A DNA stretch of 64,000 bases, taken from assembly GCA_050294405.1 (NCBI GenBank), contig JBNKOC010000028.1, positions 416,001-480,000 on the forward strand, read 5' to 3'. Of the stretch, positions 18,849-29,052 are shown one piece after another. The first letter of the stretch is position 1; every line of letters starts with the position of its first letter. Source of the DNA: Fibrobacteria bacterium. GTDB taxonomy: Bacteria > Fibrobacterota > Fibrobacteria > UBA11236 > JADFYW01. The translations under genes were made by a program, and so were the position numbers. Under the pieces are notes generated by a model. It saw nothing but the letters and a program-made list of their open reading frames with translations. It searched no databases and had not been told where the DNA came from.

Positions 18849-19838
18849 TTAAAGCAGTCCTGGATTCTGTGCATTAATAACTACAGGAGCTACGGCACTG
18901 TCTTTTGGGGCTTCTCCGGTTTCCAAATAAGTTTTTAATATGTTATAGGCTGCCTTTCCTAATCCGGCGTAGTCTTTATCTACCACCGCATGTAAGGTGC
19001 GGGACTCGATTTGGAGCTTTAAACTTTCCTGGTAGCCGATACTGACTACGGGTGTGCTAATGGCTCTATCTATATCTTTTAAAGCCCGGATAACACCCAA
19101 AGCGCCGTCGGCATCGGTGCAAAGAACTCCCTGGACCTGAGGGTTCAGTAAAAAACTTTTTTCCGCTTCGGCAAAGGCGGCGGGCTCCTCGGGGCTGGTG
19201 AAAGATTGTTCAGCCACTACTTCTAAAGTCGGAAAATCAGATTTTAACACTTCCTTAAGGACAGGTAAAATATCAGGGCTATCTTGGGAACCCTCGGCAT
19301 AATAAAATAACATAAGCTTGGTTTTGTCGCCCATGGCCCCTTGCAAAGATGTTAGTGCCTGTTTGGCCAACTCCTCGCCGTCGGTGTGTACTGTGGATAT
19401 CTGGATGTTGTCCTGCAAGGGTTTTTCAATGGCCACTGTGGGAACGGATTTTTTTAAAAGTTCTTGTACGGGATCGAAAAGTCCCACTTCATCGGCAGGC
19501 CAAAGTATCACGCCGCTAAGGCTGTCGTTTACCATGCTGGAAACTTCTTCTCGTTGGGAACGAAGGTAATTGGGGCCTTGGGCGTTTTGGGATTGCACTA
19601 ACATATCGGATCCTTCTGCCAAACTTTTAATCTGGGCCTCAATGGCGGACCAACCGGTATTGTTATCAAAACCGCTAAGGGCGATTTTAAGGGGGGAGCT
19701 GTCCAGAACTTGGTTTTGAGCGGCTTTTTCTTCTTTTTCAACCTGGCAGGAGGTTAGAAACACCAGGCTCAGAAGAAGGAAGCTGGCAACGCGTATTGAA
19801 TATGGTGAATACAAACGAATATTTTTTATTCTTTTCAT
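18849..19838 (-). CDS. Periplasmic sugar-binding-type (RbsB/LacI-like fold) lipoprotein, orphan
   Basis: Lipobox FLTSC; GVILWP, PTVAIE, ALGVIRAL, GKAAY patterns typical of class I binding proteins. Confidence 0.7.
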   Translation of the reverse strand: MKRIKNIRLYSPYSIRVASFLLLSLVFLTSCQVEKEEKAAQNQVLDSSPLKIALSGFDNNTGWSAIEAQIKSLAEGSDMLVQSQNAQGPNYLRSQREEVSSMVNDSLSGVILWPADEVGLFDPVQELLKKSVPTVAIEKPLQDNIQISTVHTDGEELAKQALTSLQGAMGDKTKLMLFYYAEGSQDSPDILPVLKEVLKSDFPTLEVVAEQSFTSPEEPAAFAEAEKSFLLNPQVQGVLCTDADGALGVIRALKDIDRAISTPVVSIGYQESLKLQIESRTLHAVVDKDYAGLGKAAYNILKTYLETGEAPKDSAVAPVVINAQNPGLL

Positions 19839-19842
19839 AATT

Positions 19843-20631
19843 TTATTTTGGTTCTGCTTTTAAATAGGCGTGTAACTGTGCTGGTAAAGATTTCAACTGC
19901 GCAATAATTTCCTGGCGCAAAATATTTCCGAAGGGTTTATCCAAATCTGTGGAATTGGATTCAATATTGGTTTTAAGGGCCCATAAGGGGCGGGATTCTA
20001 AAACCTCCCATAACATCAAATAAAATTGAAATTGATAATTTCCCGTATGGCTGTTAGAACTAATGGGACTTACTTTCATTTCCAGTTTTTGCCCCAATAA
20101 AATAAATTGGGCGTTTAGGGTGCCGGCCAATTTGGAGAGCTTATCTTTTGTTTTAGCTGAAGTGAGTTTGTCTTTTTCCCGATGTATAAGAGGGTATCCG
20201 TAGTCAGAAAAATATCGCTCCCAGGGAATGTTGAGCTGGTTTAATTTTTCTAAGAGCTTTATTTTGCCGCCTTTTATTAAATCGTGATGGGGAGGCACCC
20301 ATTCGCAGCGCTCGGGGCTTTCCATTTCCCGGCACAATTCCACCAAGCTGTTTTCCAAAACAAACTCCACCCCGTTTTTAGAAATCCAATGGCAGGAATC
20401 GCAGGGTTTGGATTCTTCTAATTTGGTGAGGGAAAGGGGCAGTACCGCAACTTTGGGGTTATTTAAAGAAGAGTCTTTAGAAGAGGCTTTGGAAAGGGGC
20501 CAAAATTCCCGGGAAGGTCCAAAAGTGGCGCTTTGAAAAGAGCTTTGGCTGAAATTTTGGGAAAAAAGAGCAGGGGCTAAAGCCAGCAGGAAGATAAAAA
20601 CCAGTTGGATTTTAGAGCTGCCCTTAATCAT
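19843..20631 (-). CDS. Hypothetical exported protein (CxxCH-like PCDSCH present)
   Basis: Signal peptide; long ORF co-oriented with the next gene. Confidence 0.55.
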   Translation of the reverse strand: MIKGSSKIQLVFIFLLALAPALFSQNFSQSSFQSATFGPSREFWPLSKASSKDSSLNNPKVAVLPLSLTKLEESKPCDSCHWISKNGVEFVLENSLVELCREMESPERCEWVPPHHDLIKGGKIKLLEKLNQLNIPWERYFSDYGYPLIHREKDKLTSAKTKDKLSKLAGTLNAQFILLGQKLEMKVSPISSNSHTGNYQFQFYLMLWEVLESRPLWALKTNIESNSTDLDKPFGNILRQEIIAQLKSLPAQLHAYLKAEPK

Positions 20632-20754
20632 GAAAGCATTTTTTGAAATTCATTTTTTAAAATTATAAATATGTACCTGAATCTGGGGTTCTTACTCCAT
20701 TTAAAAAATTCAGGTCTATTTTTCCAATTGAAATAAATTTTTGGCGGTGTTTGT

Positions 20755-21849
20755 ATGGGATTTAAATGTGGCATCGTGGGTCTGCCCAACGTAGGGAAAT
20801 CCACTATTTTTAACGCGCTCACCAGCGCTGGCGCAGAAGCGGCCAACTTTCCCTTTTGCACTAAAGACCCCAATGTAGGGATGGTGAACGTTCCCGATAA
20901 AAGGCTCCAGCAATTGTCCGAAATATACAAGCCCAAAAAAATAACGCCTGCGGTGATGCAGTTTGTGGATATTGCAGGGCTGGTTAAAGGCGCCTCCAAA
21001 GGGGAAGGGTTGGGCAATCAGTTTTTATCGCACATTCGTGAAGTGGACGCCATTATGCATGTGGTTCGATGTTTTGAAGACGTGGATGTTACTCATGTGG
21101 AAGAGACCCTGGACCCTGTTCGGGATGCCCAGCTAATTATGATGGAGCTTATTATTAAAGATATGGGAACCGTTAGTTCCCGTTTGGATAAAGACAAGAA
21201 ACTGAAAAACTCGGGGAATAAAGAAGCTGCTGCCAGAGTGGCTGTGGAAGAAGCCATTTTTAACTGCTTAAATGATGAAAAGCCCGCTTCTTCTTTGAGT
21301 CTAAATGAAGAAGAGTTTGAAATCGCCGAAGAACTGCAACTGCTTACCTTAAAACCCATGTTTTATTGCGCCAATATTAGAGAGGATGAAATCCACGGCG
21401 AGTCCGAGCACTTTAAAAAATTAAAAGACTATGTCACAGAAAATGGCAATCAGATTCTGGCCATTAGCGGCAAAATTGAATCGGAAATTTCCGAACTGGA
21501 AGAAGAGGAAAAAAAGGCTTTTCTGGAAGATTTGGGCTTAGAAGAATCGGGGCTTTCTCAGGTGATTCGCAAAGGTTACGAGCTTTTGGGTTTGCAGACT
21601 TATTTTACCGCAGGCGAAAAAGAAGTTCGCGCCTGGACTATTCCCAAAGGGGCTAAGGCGCCCCAAGCTGCCGGGGTTATTCACACAGATTTTGAAAAAG
21701 GATTTATCCGAGCGGAAACTCTGGGCTATGCGGATTTCCAGGAAATTTTATCCTGGAATAAAGCCAAAGAAAAGGGCCTGGTGCGCACCGAGGGCAAAGA
21801 GTATGTGGTACATGATGGGGATATCATGCACTTTTTGTTTAACGTATAG
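20755..21849 (+). CDS. ychF: Redox-regulated Obg-family ATPase YchF
   Basis: Motifs [43 protein letters not shown]. Confidence 0.97.
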   Translation: MGFKCGIVGLPNVGKSTIFNALTSAGAEAANFPFCTKDPNVGMVNVPDKRLQQLSEIYKPKKITPAVMQFVDIAGLVKGASKGEGLGNQFLSHIREVDAIMHVVRCFEDVDVTHVEETLDPVRDAQLIMMELIIKDMGTVSSRLDKDKKLKNSGNKEAAARVAVEEAIFNCLNDEKPASSLSLNEEEFEIAEELQLLTLKPMFYCANIREDEIHGESEHFKKLKDYVTENGNQILAISGKIESEISELEEEEKKAFLEDLGLEESGLSQVIRKGYELLGLQTYFTAGEKEVRAWTIPKGAKAPQAAGVIHTDFEKGFIRAETLGYADFQEILSWNKAKEKGLVRTEGKEYVVHDGDIMHFLFNV

Positions 21850-21963
21850 TGGAGCAGGGTGAAAGAGTAGTGATGTATATGGTTGCGAAGGACATTTTTT
21901 CCTTCTCAATAAAAAGCAAGCCTGTTTTTATAATTACCCGAAATTGAATTTGCTAGTTGGAGA

Positions 21964-21995
21964 GGACGAGCCCAAGCACTCGCTTGGGCTCGTTT
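21964..21995. terminator. Strong GC hairpin downstream of ychF (terminator and/or 3' stem of a small RNA)
   Basis: ACGAGCCCAAGC-actc-GCTTGGGCTCGT forms a 12-bp perfect stem with a short T tail. Confidence 0.6.
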
Positions 21996-22046
21996 AATGA
22001 CTAGGCCGCAATACTCGCGCAACGGTCACTAATCGAAGCACTTATT

Positions 22047-22074
22047 AATTTAGGCAGCCAGAAGGGTTTGTCAA
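22047..22074 (-). promoter_or_regulatory. Near-consensus sigma70 promoter with no downstream ORF
   Basis: TTGACA (22074-22069), 16 nt, TAAATT (22052-22047), with an AT-rich upstream tract. Confidence 0.5.
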
Positions 22075-22147
22075 GCAGTTATTTTTTAAACTAAAAATTC
22101 CAAAATTTCCTATTTTTTATGCCTTTTTAGTAGAAAATAACCTTTTT

Positions 22148-23518
22148 TTAAGGGTTTAAAGCCAAGCAGTAAAAGCCTCCATAGCCCCCGCCTTCACCCA
22201 CGGTTTTGATATTCATATTGCCTGGGCCATCCTGAATCAAGGCCACTCCAGGGGCACAGCCGTAGGCATTTCCTGCGGAGATCCAGTTGCTGTTTGCGTC
22301 TCCACCACCGCCTGGAAAGCCACCACCACCTCCAAAATTTCTGGGCCAGGACAGTCCAACTCGGGGTGTTCCAGTTTCTTCTTCGGCGTTAGTCCAGTCG
22401 TTGCAGGTATTTCCCATATCTTCACTGTAAAGTTCTCCGTTTCCATCGGAACCGGTTAAAGTATGGTGATTGTCCACAGCTCCTGTTAAATCGGGATCCT
22501 GGTTGGGAATTCCATTTTCGTTGGGCAAGTCATTCATAATAGCTTCGTCCGCATCGGGTCGGGTTTGAAGAAGGCCGGTTTTATTTTCGGAAACAATTCT
22601 TCCTAGCCTGTCGTACCAAGGGCCCTCTCCAATTCGGTCGGCCGCATTTACGGTTTCGCCATTTCCATCATCTGTGGCGCTCAAAAAGGCTCGCCAGCCT
22701 TTAGCTGAAGAACCGGGCATACTCATTTCGGCAATGGCTGCACAGATTTTGTCAGCACCGCGAAGTCCGGCTCCAGGACCGGTTTCTCCAAAACGAAAAT
22801 CACCCCCGAAGCCCTCTTCGCTACCGGACAACTCCTGCAAGGCTTTAAGACTGGTGACAAAAAAACTGAATGGGTCCAATTCGCCTTCGGCAGTGAGGAC
22901 CACTTCGAGGTTGCTGGAAGAGGACTCGGTCATGTGCATATAAAAGTCCAGATAGCCGTCTTTTTTGGCGGAGAGAACATCGCTTATAACGGCTTGCTTA
23001 TGTAAGGGCCCTTGTATGGAAGCTGTTTGCTTGGATTCAATTGCCAGGATGCTGCCGGATTGAACACTGGCTTTAAAAGTGGTTTCTTGAGAAGAGGTGC
23101 TGATATTAAATACCACTAGGCCGTTAAGACCGGTGGGCATCCCCAGCTTATGTTGCCCCTGTTGTAAATGCCGGTTGAGGCCCGGGATATATTTTCCATT
23201 TGGGGAATAGGCAGTGATTTTTGCCCCGTAAAGATCCTCTATGTTTAGGTTCAGCTGGCCGTTGACAATACCCTGAACAAGAGAGTTTGCCAGAAGTTCT
23301 TTACCCGGATTAATGGATAGGGCCTCTCCCAAAGTGAAGCTTCCATCTGCGCCAGATGTCGCAGACAGGCTTGCGTGTTCTAAAATGATTTCAGCTCCGG
23401 AAATTGCGGTTCCTGAAGCGTCCATAACTTTTCCGCTTATTTGAATATCATTTTGAGCGAACAGACTCCAGCTGAGCGCCATACTTGTGAAACATATTTT
23501 AGTTGCTAAATTTTTCAT
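22148..23518 (-). CDS. Secreted protein: carboxypeptidase-regulatory-like N-terminus, internal CTD-like segment, C-terminal DUF1554/endostatin-like Cys domain
   Basis: ISGKVMDASGTAISGAEI; GLRGADKIC, WRAFLS, RIGEGPWY, TCNDWT, FYCLA. Confidence 0.6.
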   Translation of the reverse strand: MKNLATKICFTSMALSWSLFAQNDIQISGKVMDASGTAISGAEIILEHASLSATSGADGSFTLGEALSINPGKELLANSLVQGIVNGQLNLNIEDLYGAKITAYSPNGKYIPGLNRHLQQGQHKLGMPTGLNGLVVFNISTSSQETTFKASVQSGSILAIESKQTASIQGPLHKQAVISDVLSAKKDGYLDFYMHMTESSSSNLEVVLTAEGELDPFSFFVTSLKALQELSGSEEGFGGDFRFGETGPGAGLRGADKICAAIAEMSMPGSSAKGWRAFLSATDDGNGETVNAADRIGEGPWYDRLGRIVSENKTGLLQTRPDADEAIMNDLPNENGIPNQDPDLTGAVDNHHTLTGSDGNGELYSEDMGNTCNDWTNAEEETGTPRVGLSWPRNFGGGGGFPGGGGDANSNWISAGNAYGCAPGVALIQDGPGNMNIKTVGEGGGYGGFYCLALNP

Positions 23519-23806
23519 TTTCCCCTTCTATGGTTAATTCCGTTTTGATTAACTTGTTTCAAAAGTATTTCAGAGGAGGAAAACCCACTTGGGATTTTGC
23601 CCTTAAAGTGTTCACCAAAAAGAAAACAGTTGATGGATTATAAAGTTGCGCAGGATTTTGAAATTCTGTGGAGGCCCTATATTTTCCTCAAATTTCCCAA
23701 ATATGGGCATTTTGTTGGGGGTTTTTATGGCCAATTCTGACTAAAACACAATACCATTAGGAAAAAGGAAAAATCAGGGATTATTCAGGTCCTGAATTTT
23801 CAAAAA

Positions 23807-24967
23807 ATGACGAAAAGGGAATTCATGAGGACACCCAATTTTTTTAGATATTGGGTTATTGGGGCTAAAATAGGCCTCTCGTTTATTTTATTTTCCTGTG
23901 TAACCAAAGTTATTGGTCCCTTTAAATACGATAACTCTAATATTTTAATTCTGGATGTTAATCCCAGGGAATTTCATTCACCGGATGAAATAATGAATTT
24001 GCTGGAGCGCAGCTCTATTCAATTTACTCTGAAAGAGCAGCCCGGCGAAGTGAATAACGATTTAACCGGGGGCTTTAACGAAAACATAAAAGTAGACCCC
24101 TACATGAATACAAAATCCAGGGGGCGGCAAAAAAGGCTTTTTTACGATTATCCGGCGGAAGAGCTAAAAAGGATGTGGCAGGAAGGAGAAAGCAATGCAA
24201 TTAACAACAACCAGCCTGGATGTATAGCAGCTTTTACCAAGGCCATTCAGTACTCGTCGAAATATTGGAAGACCTATACGGAATTTGGGAAAAATCTAAT
24301 TACCCTTAAACAATATGACGAGGCCATTGCCCATTTGAATAAGGCCATTGCCATGAATGATATTGACTATGAAGCCTACCTGTACAGAGCTAAAGCTTAT
24401 TTACATAAACAAAATAAGACCCAGGCGAAAAAAGATTTAACCTATGCTTTTATGTTAAATAAAAACGATGGAGAAGTTAGAAATCAGTTGTATTATTTAC
24501 TGCAATCTACGGGAAACAGCATTCGCAGAAACCGCTATGACTTTGGTTTTAGAGTTAAAAAGGAGTCGGATAAACTGGTGACCATTGAAGTGGAAAAAAA
24601 CAGGGGTGAAATTAATTTGGCCCTGGCTACCTGCCTTGTGGCTTGGGATTATGTGGAAAACTACAAAGAGACCATGCTAAAGGGAAAACAAGATACTTTG
24701 GGCCTTTTAAAATATAAAGAATGTTTGATGACCCAGGCCTTAGGTCTTAGCGCCTTGATGAAAAAACAAAGAGATGTGGTATTGCCTAAGCAGCAAAGTT
24801 ATTTGTATGTGTCTATTATAGATAAATCTATTGATCCTATTGTGCTCTGGGAATTTGGAGCAAGCTTAGATCCCTTTTCCATACTATTGACCACAGAAGC
24901 CCAAAAAGAAAAAATTGTGAGGTATATTGAGCGATATGTATATGTGTCCTCCCAATACCGGGGCTAA
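23807..24967 (+). CDS. TPR-containing lipoprotein
   Basis: Lipobox LFSC; TPR repeats (YDEAIAHLNKAIAMN, AYLYRAKAY). Start codon uncertain. Confidence 0.7.
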   Translation: MTKREFMRTPNFFRYWVIGAKIGLSFILFSCVTKVIGPFKYDNSNILILDVNPREFHSPDEIMNLLERSSIQFTLKEQPGEVNNDLTGGFNENIKVDPYMNTKSRGRQKRLFYDYPAEELKRMWQEGESNAINNNQPGCIAAFTKAIQYSSKYWKTYTEFGKNLITLKQYDEAIAHLNKAIAMNDIDYEAYLYRAKAYLHKQNKTQAKKDLTYAFMLNKNDGEVRNQLYYLLQSTGNSIRRNRYDFGFRVKKESDKLVTIEVEKNRGEINLALATCLVAWDYVENYKETMLKGKQDTLGLLKYKECLMTQALGLSALMKKQRDVVLPKQQSYLYVSIIDKSIDPIVLWEFGASLDPFSILLTTEAQKEKIVRYIERYVYVSSQYRG

Positions 24968-25932
24968 ACTAAAAGCAATAAGGCTCCGACAAAAACCACA
25001 AAACTGACAGTTAAAACTACAGCTAACATATGGGCTCTGTGCATATCCTCGGGTAGGGCTCCTTCTCGGTCAAGCTTATGGCCCAACCATAAATCAGTAA
25101 CCAAAGCGCCGTTGTTATAGATGGGGCCTATTAGCTTGATTTTCAAAGCGCCGGCGAATGCGGCTTCCGACCAACCTGAATTTGGCCCAGGTATTAATTT
25201 GTGCTGGCACCACCCTATGTTAAAGGCTTTTAGGCCGGAATATTTTGGCAAAACAAAACTGATTATGCCTGTTAATATATAGGAAATTCGGGCGGGTAGA
25301 AAATTCATAACGTCATCCAGGCGGGCGCCGAACCATCCGAATTGCAGGTAGCGTTCGTTTCTGTATCCCACCATACTGTCCATGGTACTTGCTATTTTAA
25401 ACAACAACATACCCGGCAGCCCAAATAGCAATAGATAAAAAAGAGGGCTTATAACGCCGTCCACTGTATTTTCAGATACGCTTTCAATTCCTGCTCTGGC
25501 GCAGGCTTTGTAATCCATTTTTTCGATGTCCCGCCCCACTAATTGGGCTGCATTTTGTCGGGCAAGGCTAATGTTATTTTTTTCAATGGCGCTTTTTATT
25601 CTTTGGGAATGTATTAGCAAATCTTTAAGGGCTATAAAATTATAAGCAAGGCCAAGATCAAATATAAAAGCTAACAAGGGTAATAAACCGTATAAAAATT
25701 TGTGCAGCAAATAGTATAGAGTCAAAAATATTAGGGTTAAACTAAGGCCTAAAATAATTCCTCCCATTTTATTGTTAAGTCCTTTTTGAAATAATATTTT
25801 TTCAAAATGGCTTAAGCATTGTCCGATAATTCTGATTGGATGGTATTTGTATACGGGGTCCCCTAAAAACCAGTCTATCAATAAAGCCAATATGGCTATA
25901 AAAAAATGGTATTGGAAGTGGCCTATTTCCAT
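24964..25932 (-). CDS. cbiB: Adenosylcobinamide-phosphate synthase CbiB/CobD
   Basis: Motifs LGDP..HPI, LVGRD, ESVSENTVDG, TMDSMVGY, ARLDD, PNSGWSEAA. Confidence 0.93.
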   Translation of the reverse strand: MEIGHFQYHFFIAILALLIDWFLGDPVYKYHPIRIIGQCLSHFEKILFQKGLNNKMGGIILGLSLTLIFLTLYYLLHKFLYGLLPLLAFIFDLGLAYNFIALKDLLIHSQRIKSAIEKNNISLARQNAAQLVGRDIEKMDYKACARAGIESVSENTVDGVISPLFYLLLFGLPGMLLFKIASTMDSMVGYRNERYLQFGWFGARLDDVMNFLPARISYILTGIISFVLPKYSGLKAFNIGWCQHKLIPGPNSGWSEAAFAGALKIKLIGPIYNNGALVTDLWLGHKLDREGALPEDMHRAHMLAVVLTVSFVVFVGALLLLV

Positions 25933-27041
25933 TTATTTTGCCAGCCCAATGCAATGGCTTTGTAAACAGATGAAAGCTTAGGGGAGTTTGTCCAATTCAG
26001 TTGGGAACGAAAACTGGAAAAATCTTCGGCCTTTGAACTTAAGCTAAGGGCCATTAAACTGCACTGGTTGGATAAAATATTATCTATTACATTAGGAGGA
26101 AAAGTCTCTTGTCGGCACCTGTCCAAAAGGCTGGCTAAAGCATAAGCACTGGAGCATAATTCCGGTTCAAATAATACGGATTCCTTATTTTTTTCCAATA
26201 AATCAAACTCGGATTGGGACAGTAAATTCTTCATGTTATCCATAAAAATCTCTTCTGTAAATCCATATCTGCTGAGGGCATGGGTGAGATTTTTAGTATA
26301 GGATTTTTCCAAACCGTTTTGCCATTTCAGGGCCTGAGTTATGGCTGTTTTAACTGCTCTGCCAATTGATTCTCCTAGTTTGCTGTGGTGTCCGCTCCAA
26401 TGTTTTTCCTGTTTTTTCGGGTCTATAGGGCAGTAAATACAACATTGATCCGTCCCTGTGCCTGTGGCCAAATCTTCGGAATATTTACTGGGAATATATA
26501 AATCCCAAAGAGCAGCGGATTTAGCCTCTGTTAGCATCATAAGAGCCTTGCTAAGGGCAGCCCGACTAAGGGGCCAATTTATAAATAACATTACATTAAT
26601 GGTTCCCGAATTGCTGTTTTCAGGAATGTTATTGTCCTCTTCATGCCAGCTGGCAGGATCTCCAGCCCGGCCGGCATTTCCCCTGACTCCAGCAGTGGCA
26701 ATGGCACATACTTCTAATTCTTTAAAATATTCCACTGCCACCGTGCAATTGGCCATATTTGCTGCGGTACTCATTAAACATGTGTTTTGCGGATTAAGGC
26801 TTAATTGCTCGCAAGTTTCTTTATGGTATTGGATTTGGCCAATTCTGTGGATTTTTTCGGAGAGCTCCAAATGCCCTTTTCCCTCCAGACATTGGTGATT
26901 GATTAAATGGCTAATGTTATCTTTTAAACCTCCATTTACGTAGGAGGTGGAAAGAGTAAGGCCAGGTTTTTGCAAATGGGCAATAACAAAGCGGCCATCC
27001 CGCTCCACTCTTAAAAAAGAGTTTTCGTAAATAACATTCAT
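25923..27041 (-). CDS. cbiZ: Adenosylcobinamide amidohydrolase CbiZ (extended form)
   Basis: Motifs LSTSYVNGG, TAANM, ATAGVRGNA, GTINV, TEAKSAAL, ATGTGTD; ATG overlaps the pduO stop (ATGA). Confidence 0.88.
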   Translation of the reverse strand: MNVIYENSFLRVERDGRFVIAHLQKPGLTLSTSYVNGGLKDNISHLINHQCLEGKGHLELSEKIHRIGQIQYHKETCEQLSLNPQNTCLMSTAANMANCTVAVEYFKELEVCAIATAGVRGNAGRAGDPASWHEEDNNIPENSNSGTINVMLFINWPLSRAALSKALMMLTEAKSAALWDLYIPSKYSEDLATGTGTDQCCIYCPIDPKKQEKHWSGHHSKLGESIGRAVKTAITQALKWQNGLEKSYTKNLTHALSRYGFTEEIFMDNMKNLLSQSEFDLLEKNKESVLFEPELCSSAYALASLLDRCRQETFPPNVIDNILSNQCSLMALSLSSKAEDFSSFRSQLNWTNSPKLSSVYKAIALGWQNKWK

Positions 27042-27625
27042 TTTTTTCCCGGTTCCCAAAGAAATTCTGTCTTTCCTTCAAATTTTAAAATCCAGCGGCT
27101 GAAAACAAATAAAAAATCAGACAAACGATTTATGTATATAAGAATATTGTCTTGTATAGGTTGGGTTTCGTTTTGCCGCCACAATAGTCTTTCCAATCTT
27201 CGGCAGACGGCGCGGGCGACATGGCTATGGGCATTAATCAGGCTTCCCCCTGGAAGAGTAAAAGACTTTAGGGGTTCAAGCTCTTCTAAAAATTTATCAA
27301 TGGCGTTTTCCATATTTTGAATTTGGGAAGAACTAAGTTCTTTATTGCCGCTTATGGCTATTTCTTTGGGTGTGGCAAGCACGCTGCCAATATCGAATAA
27401 TTCGTTTTGAATTTGTTTGAAAATTTCTCGGGAAAAGGAAATAGCCTCCACCGCGTCAAGATTCTCCAGGCCTGTACGGATTAACCCGATATAGCAATTG
27501 AGTTCATCTACGGTTCCATAACATTCTAAAGCAGCATCTCCTTTGGAAATCTTTTTTCCACCCACCAGGCGGGTCATGCCTTTGTCCCCGGTTTTAGTGT
27601 AAATTTTAGTTAGATTAACGGCCAT
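27038..27625 (-). CDS. pduO: PduO-type ATP:cob(I)alamin adenosyltransferase
   Basis: Motifs IYTKTGDKG, YGTVDELN, ARAVCRRLER, YINRLSD. Confidence 0.92.
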   Translation of the reverse strand: MAVNLTKIYTKTGDKGMTRLVGGKKISKGDAALECYGTVDELNCYIGLIRTGLENLDAVEAISFSREIFKQIQNELFDIGSVLATPKEIAISGNKELSSSQIQNMENAIDKFLEELEPLKSFTLPGGSLINAHSHVARAVCRRLERLLWRQNETQPIQDNILIYINRLSDFLFVFSRWILKFEGKTEFLWEPGKK

Positions 27626-27639
27626 TTTTTCTCCTTGGG

Positions 27640-29052
27640 TTAATGGACTGGGACAACCCTGTTGTTTAGGGTGCTTTCCAAATGTTGAGACAAGGTCTTT
27701 GCTAGTAAGTCAAAGGTTGCGTTTAAATTATGCTTGTGGGCATAATTTTTTTTAATTGAATTTTTATAAAAATAAATCTCGGATAAAAAAGAATTTCGAA
27801 AAAAGTCATTTTCGAAAACTCCATGTAAATAACTTCCTCGAAAATTTTGATTGGAATAAAATAGTTTTTGCGGCTGGCTTCTCCCCTTATGGATTTCAAA
27901 CCCCTTCACGGTACTTCCATAAAAAGGCTCTTGGCAACGGGTGCTTTTTGTGATTTTTTCAGCCCGCAATTGGGTCTTTAGTTTTAATAGTCCGAGCCCC
28001 TTGATTTTAGAAATGTTTGAACCTTCCAAATTGTCCGCGTCTTCAAGTGTTTCACCCATAATTTGCAAGCCCCCGCAAATTCCATAAACCACACCCTTGA
28101 AATTAGCAATAACACTTACAAAGCTATTTTGTTCCAACCATTCCATATCTTTAAGGCTATTCTTGGAACCGGGTAGAATAAGGGCGTCGCAATAAGCGAT
28201 TTCATCTGGCTTATGGATTAATTGAAAACCAAATTCTGAGTATTCCCAAAGGGGTTCCAAGTCGGTCAGCAAACTGGCCGAAGGATACATAATAACTCCA
28301 ATGCATCCATCTACGCCTTGGCGATTGCATATGGAAAATGACAGGGAGTCTTCGGCTGGAAGTTTTAATTCAGGAATTTTTGGGAGAGCGCCCAAGCAAG
28401 GAATGTTATCTAAATCCTTAATTTTTTGGATGCCATTAGTTAATAACTCAGCATTTCCCTGAAATTTGTTTAAAATATATCCCACAATTAGCTTGCGCCA
28501 AGGCTTTGGCAATAAATCCAGAGTTCCATGTATGGAAGCAAATGCACCTCCCCTTTCAATGTCGCATATTAGCCAAACTTCTGCATTGGCGTACTCCGCC
28601 ATGGATAGGTTCACCAAATCCGTATTCCATAAATTAATTTCCGCTACGCTTCCTGCGCCTTCTATGATGACCCAATCGTATTCTTGTTGTAATTCATCAA
28701 AAGCCTTCCATGCCAATTTTTGTAATTTGGGTTTTTGCGCAATGAAATCATTGTAAGCCATACGCCCCAGACTTTTCCCCATAACAATAACATCGCTTTC
28801 AAAGTTTCCATAGGGTTTGAGTAAAATGGGGTTCATCCTGGCGTCGGCTGTTATTCCGGCGGCTTTTGCCTGAATGGACTGGGAAATTGATATTTCCTCT
28901 CCGGATTCGCAAACATAGCTATTCAAAGACATATTTTGCGCTTTAAAAGGGCAGGCAGATATTCCATTTGCTTTGGCCCAGGCTAACAAACCGGTTACCA
29001 ACATGGATTTTCCAGAATCGCTCCCAGTTCCGCCGATAAATAAAGCTTGCAT
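27640..29052 (-). CDS. cobQ: Cobyric acid synthase CobQ/CbiP
   Basis: Motifs GTGSDSGKS, PFKAQNMS, MNPILLKP, EGAGS.AEINL, LPGSK, GICGG, YLHG. Confidence 0.93.
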   Translation of the reverse strand: MQALFIGGTGSDSGKSMLVTGLLAWAKANGISACPFKAQNMSLNSYVCESGEEISISQSIQAKAAGITADARMNPILLKPYGNFESDVIVMGKSLGRMAYNDFIAQKPKLQKLAWKAFDELQQEYDWVIIEGAGSVAEINLWNTDLVNLSMAEYANAEVWLICDIERGGAFASIHGTLDLLPKPWRKLIVGYILNKFQGNAELLTNGIQKIKDLDNIPCLGALPKIPELKLPAEDSLSFSICNRQGVDGCIGVIMYPSASLLTDLEPLWEYSEFGFQLIHKPDEIAYCDALILPGSKNSLKDMEWLEQNSFVSVIANFKGVVYGICGGLQIMGETLEDADNLEGSNISKIKGLGLLKLKTQLRAEKITKSTRCQEPFYGSTVKGFEIHKGRSQPQKLFYSNQNFRGSYLHGVFENDFFRNSFLSEIYFYKNSIKKNYAHKHNLNATFDLLAKTLSQHLESTLNNRVVPVH

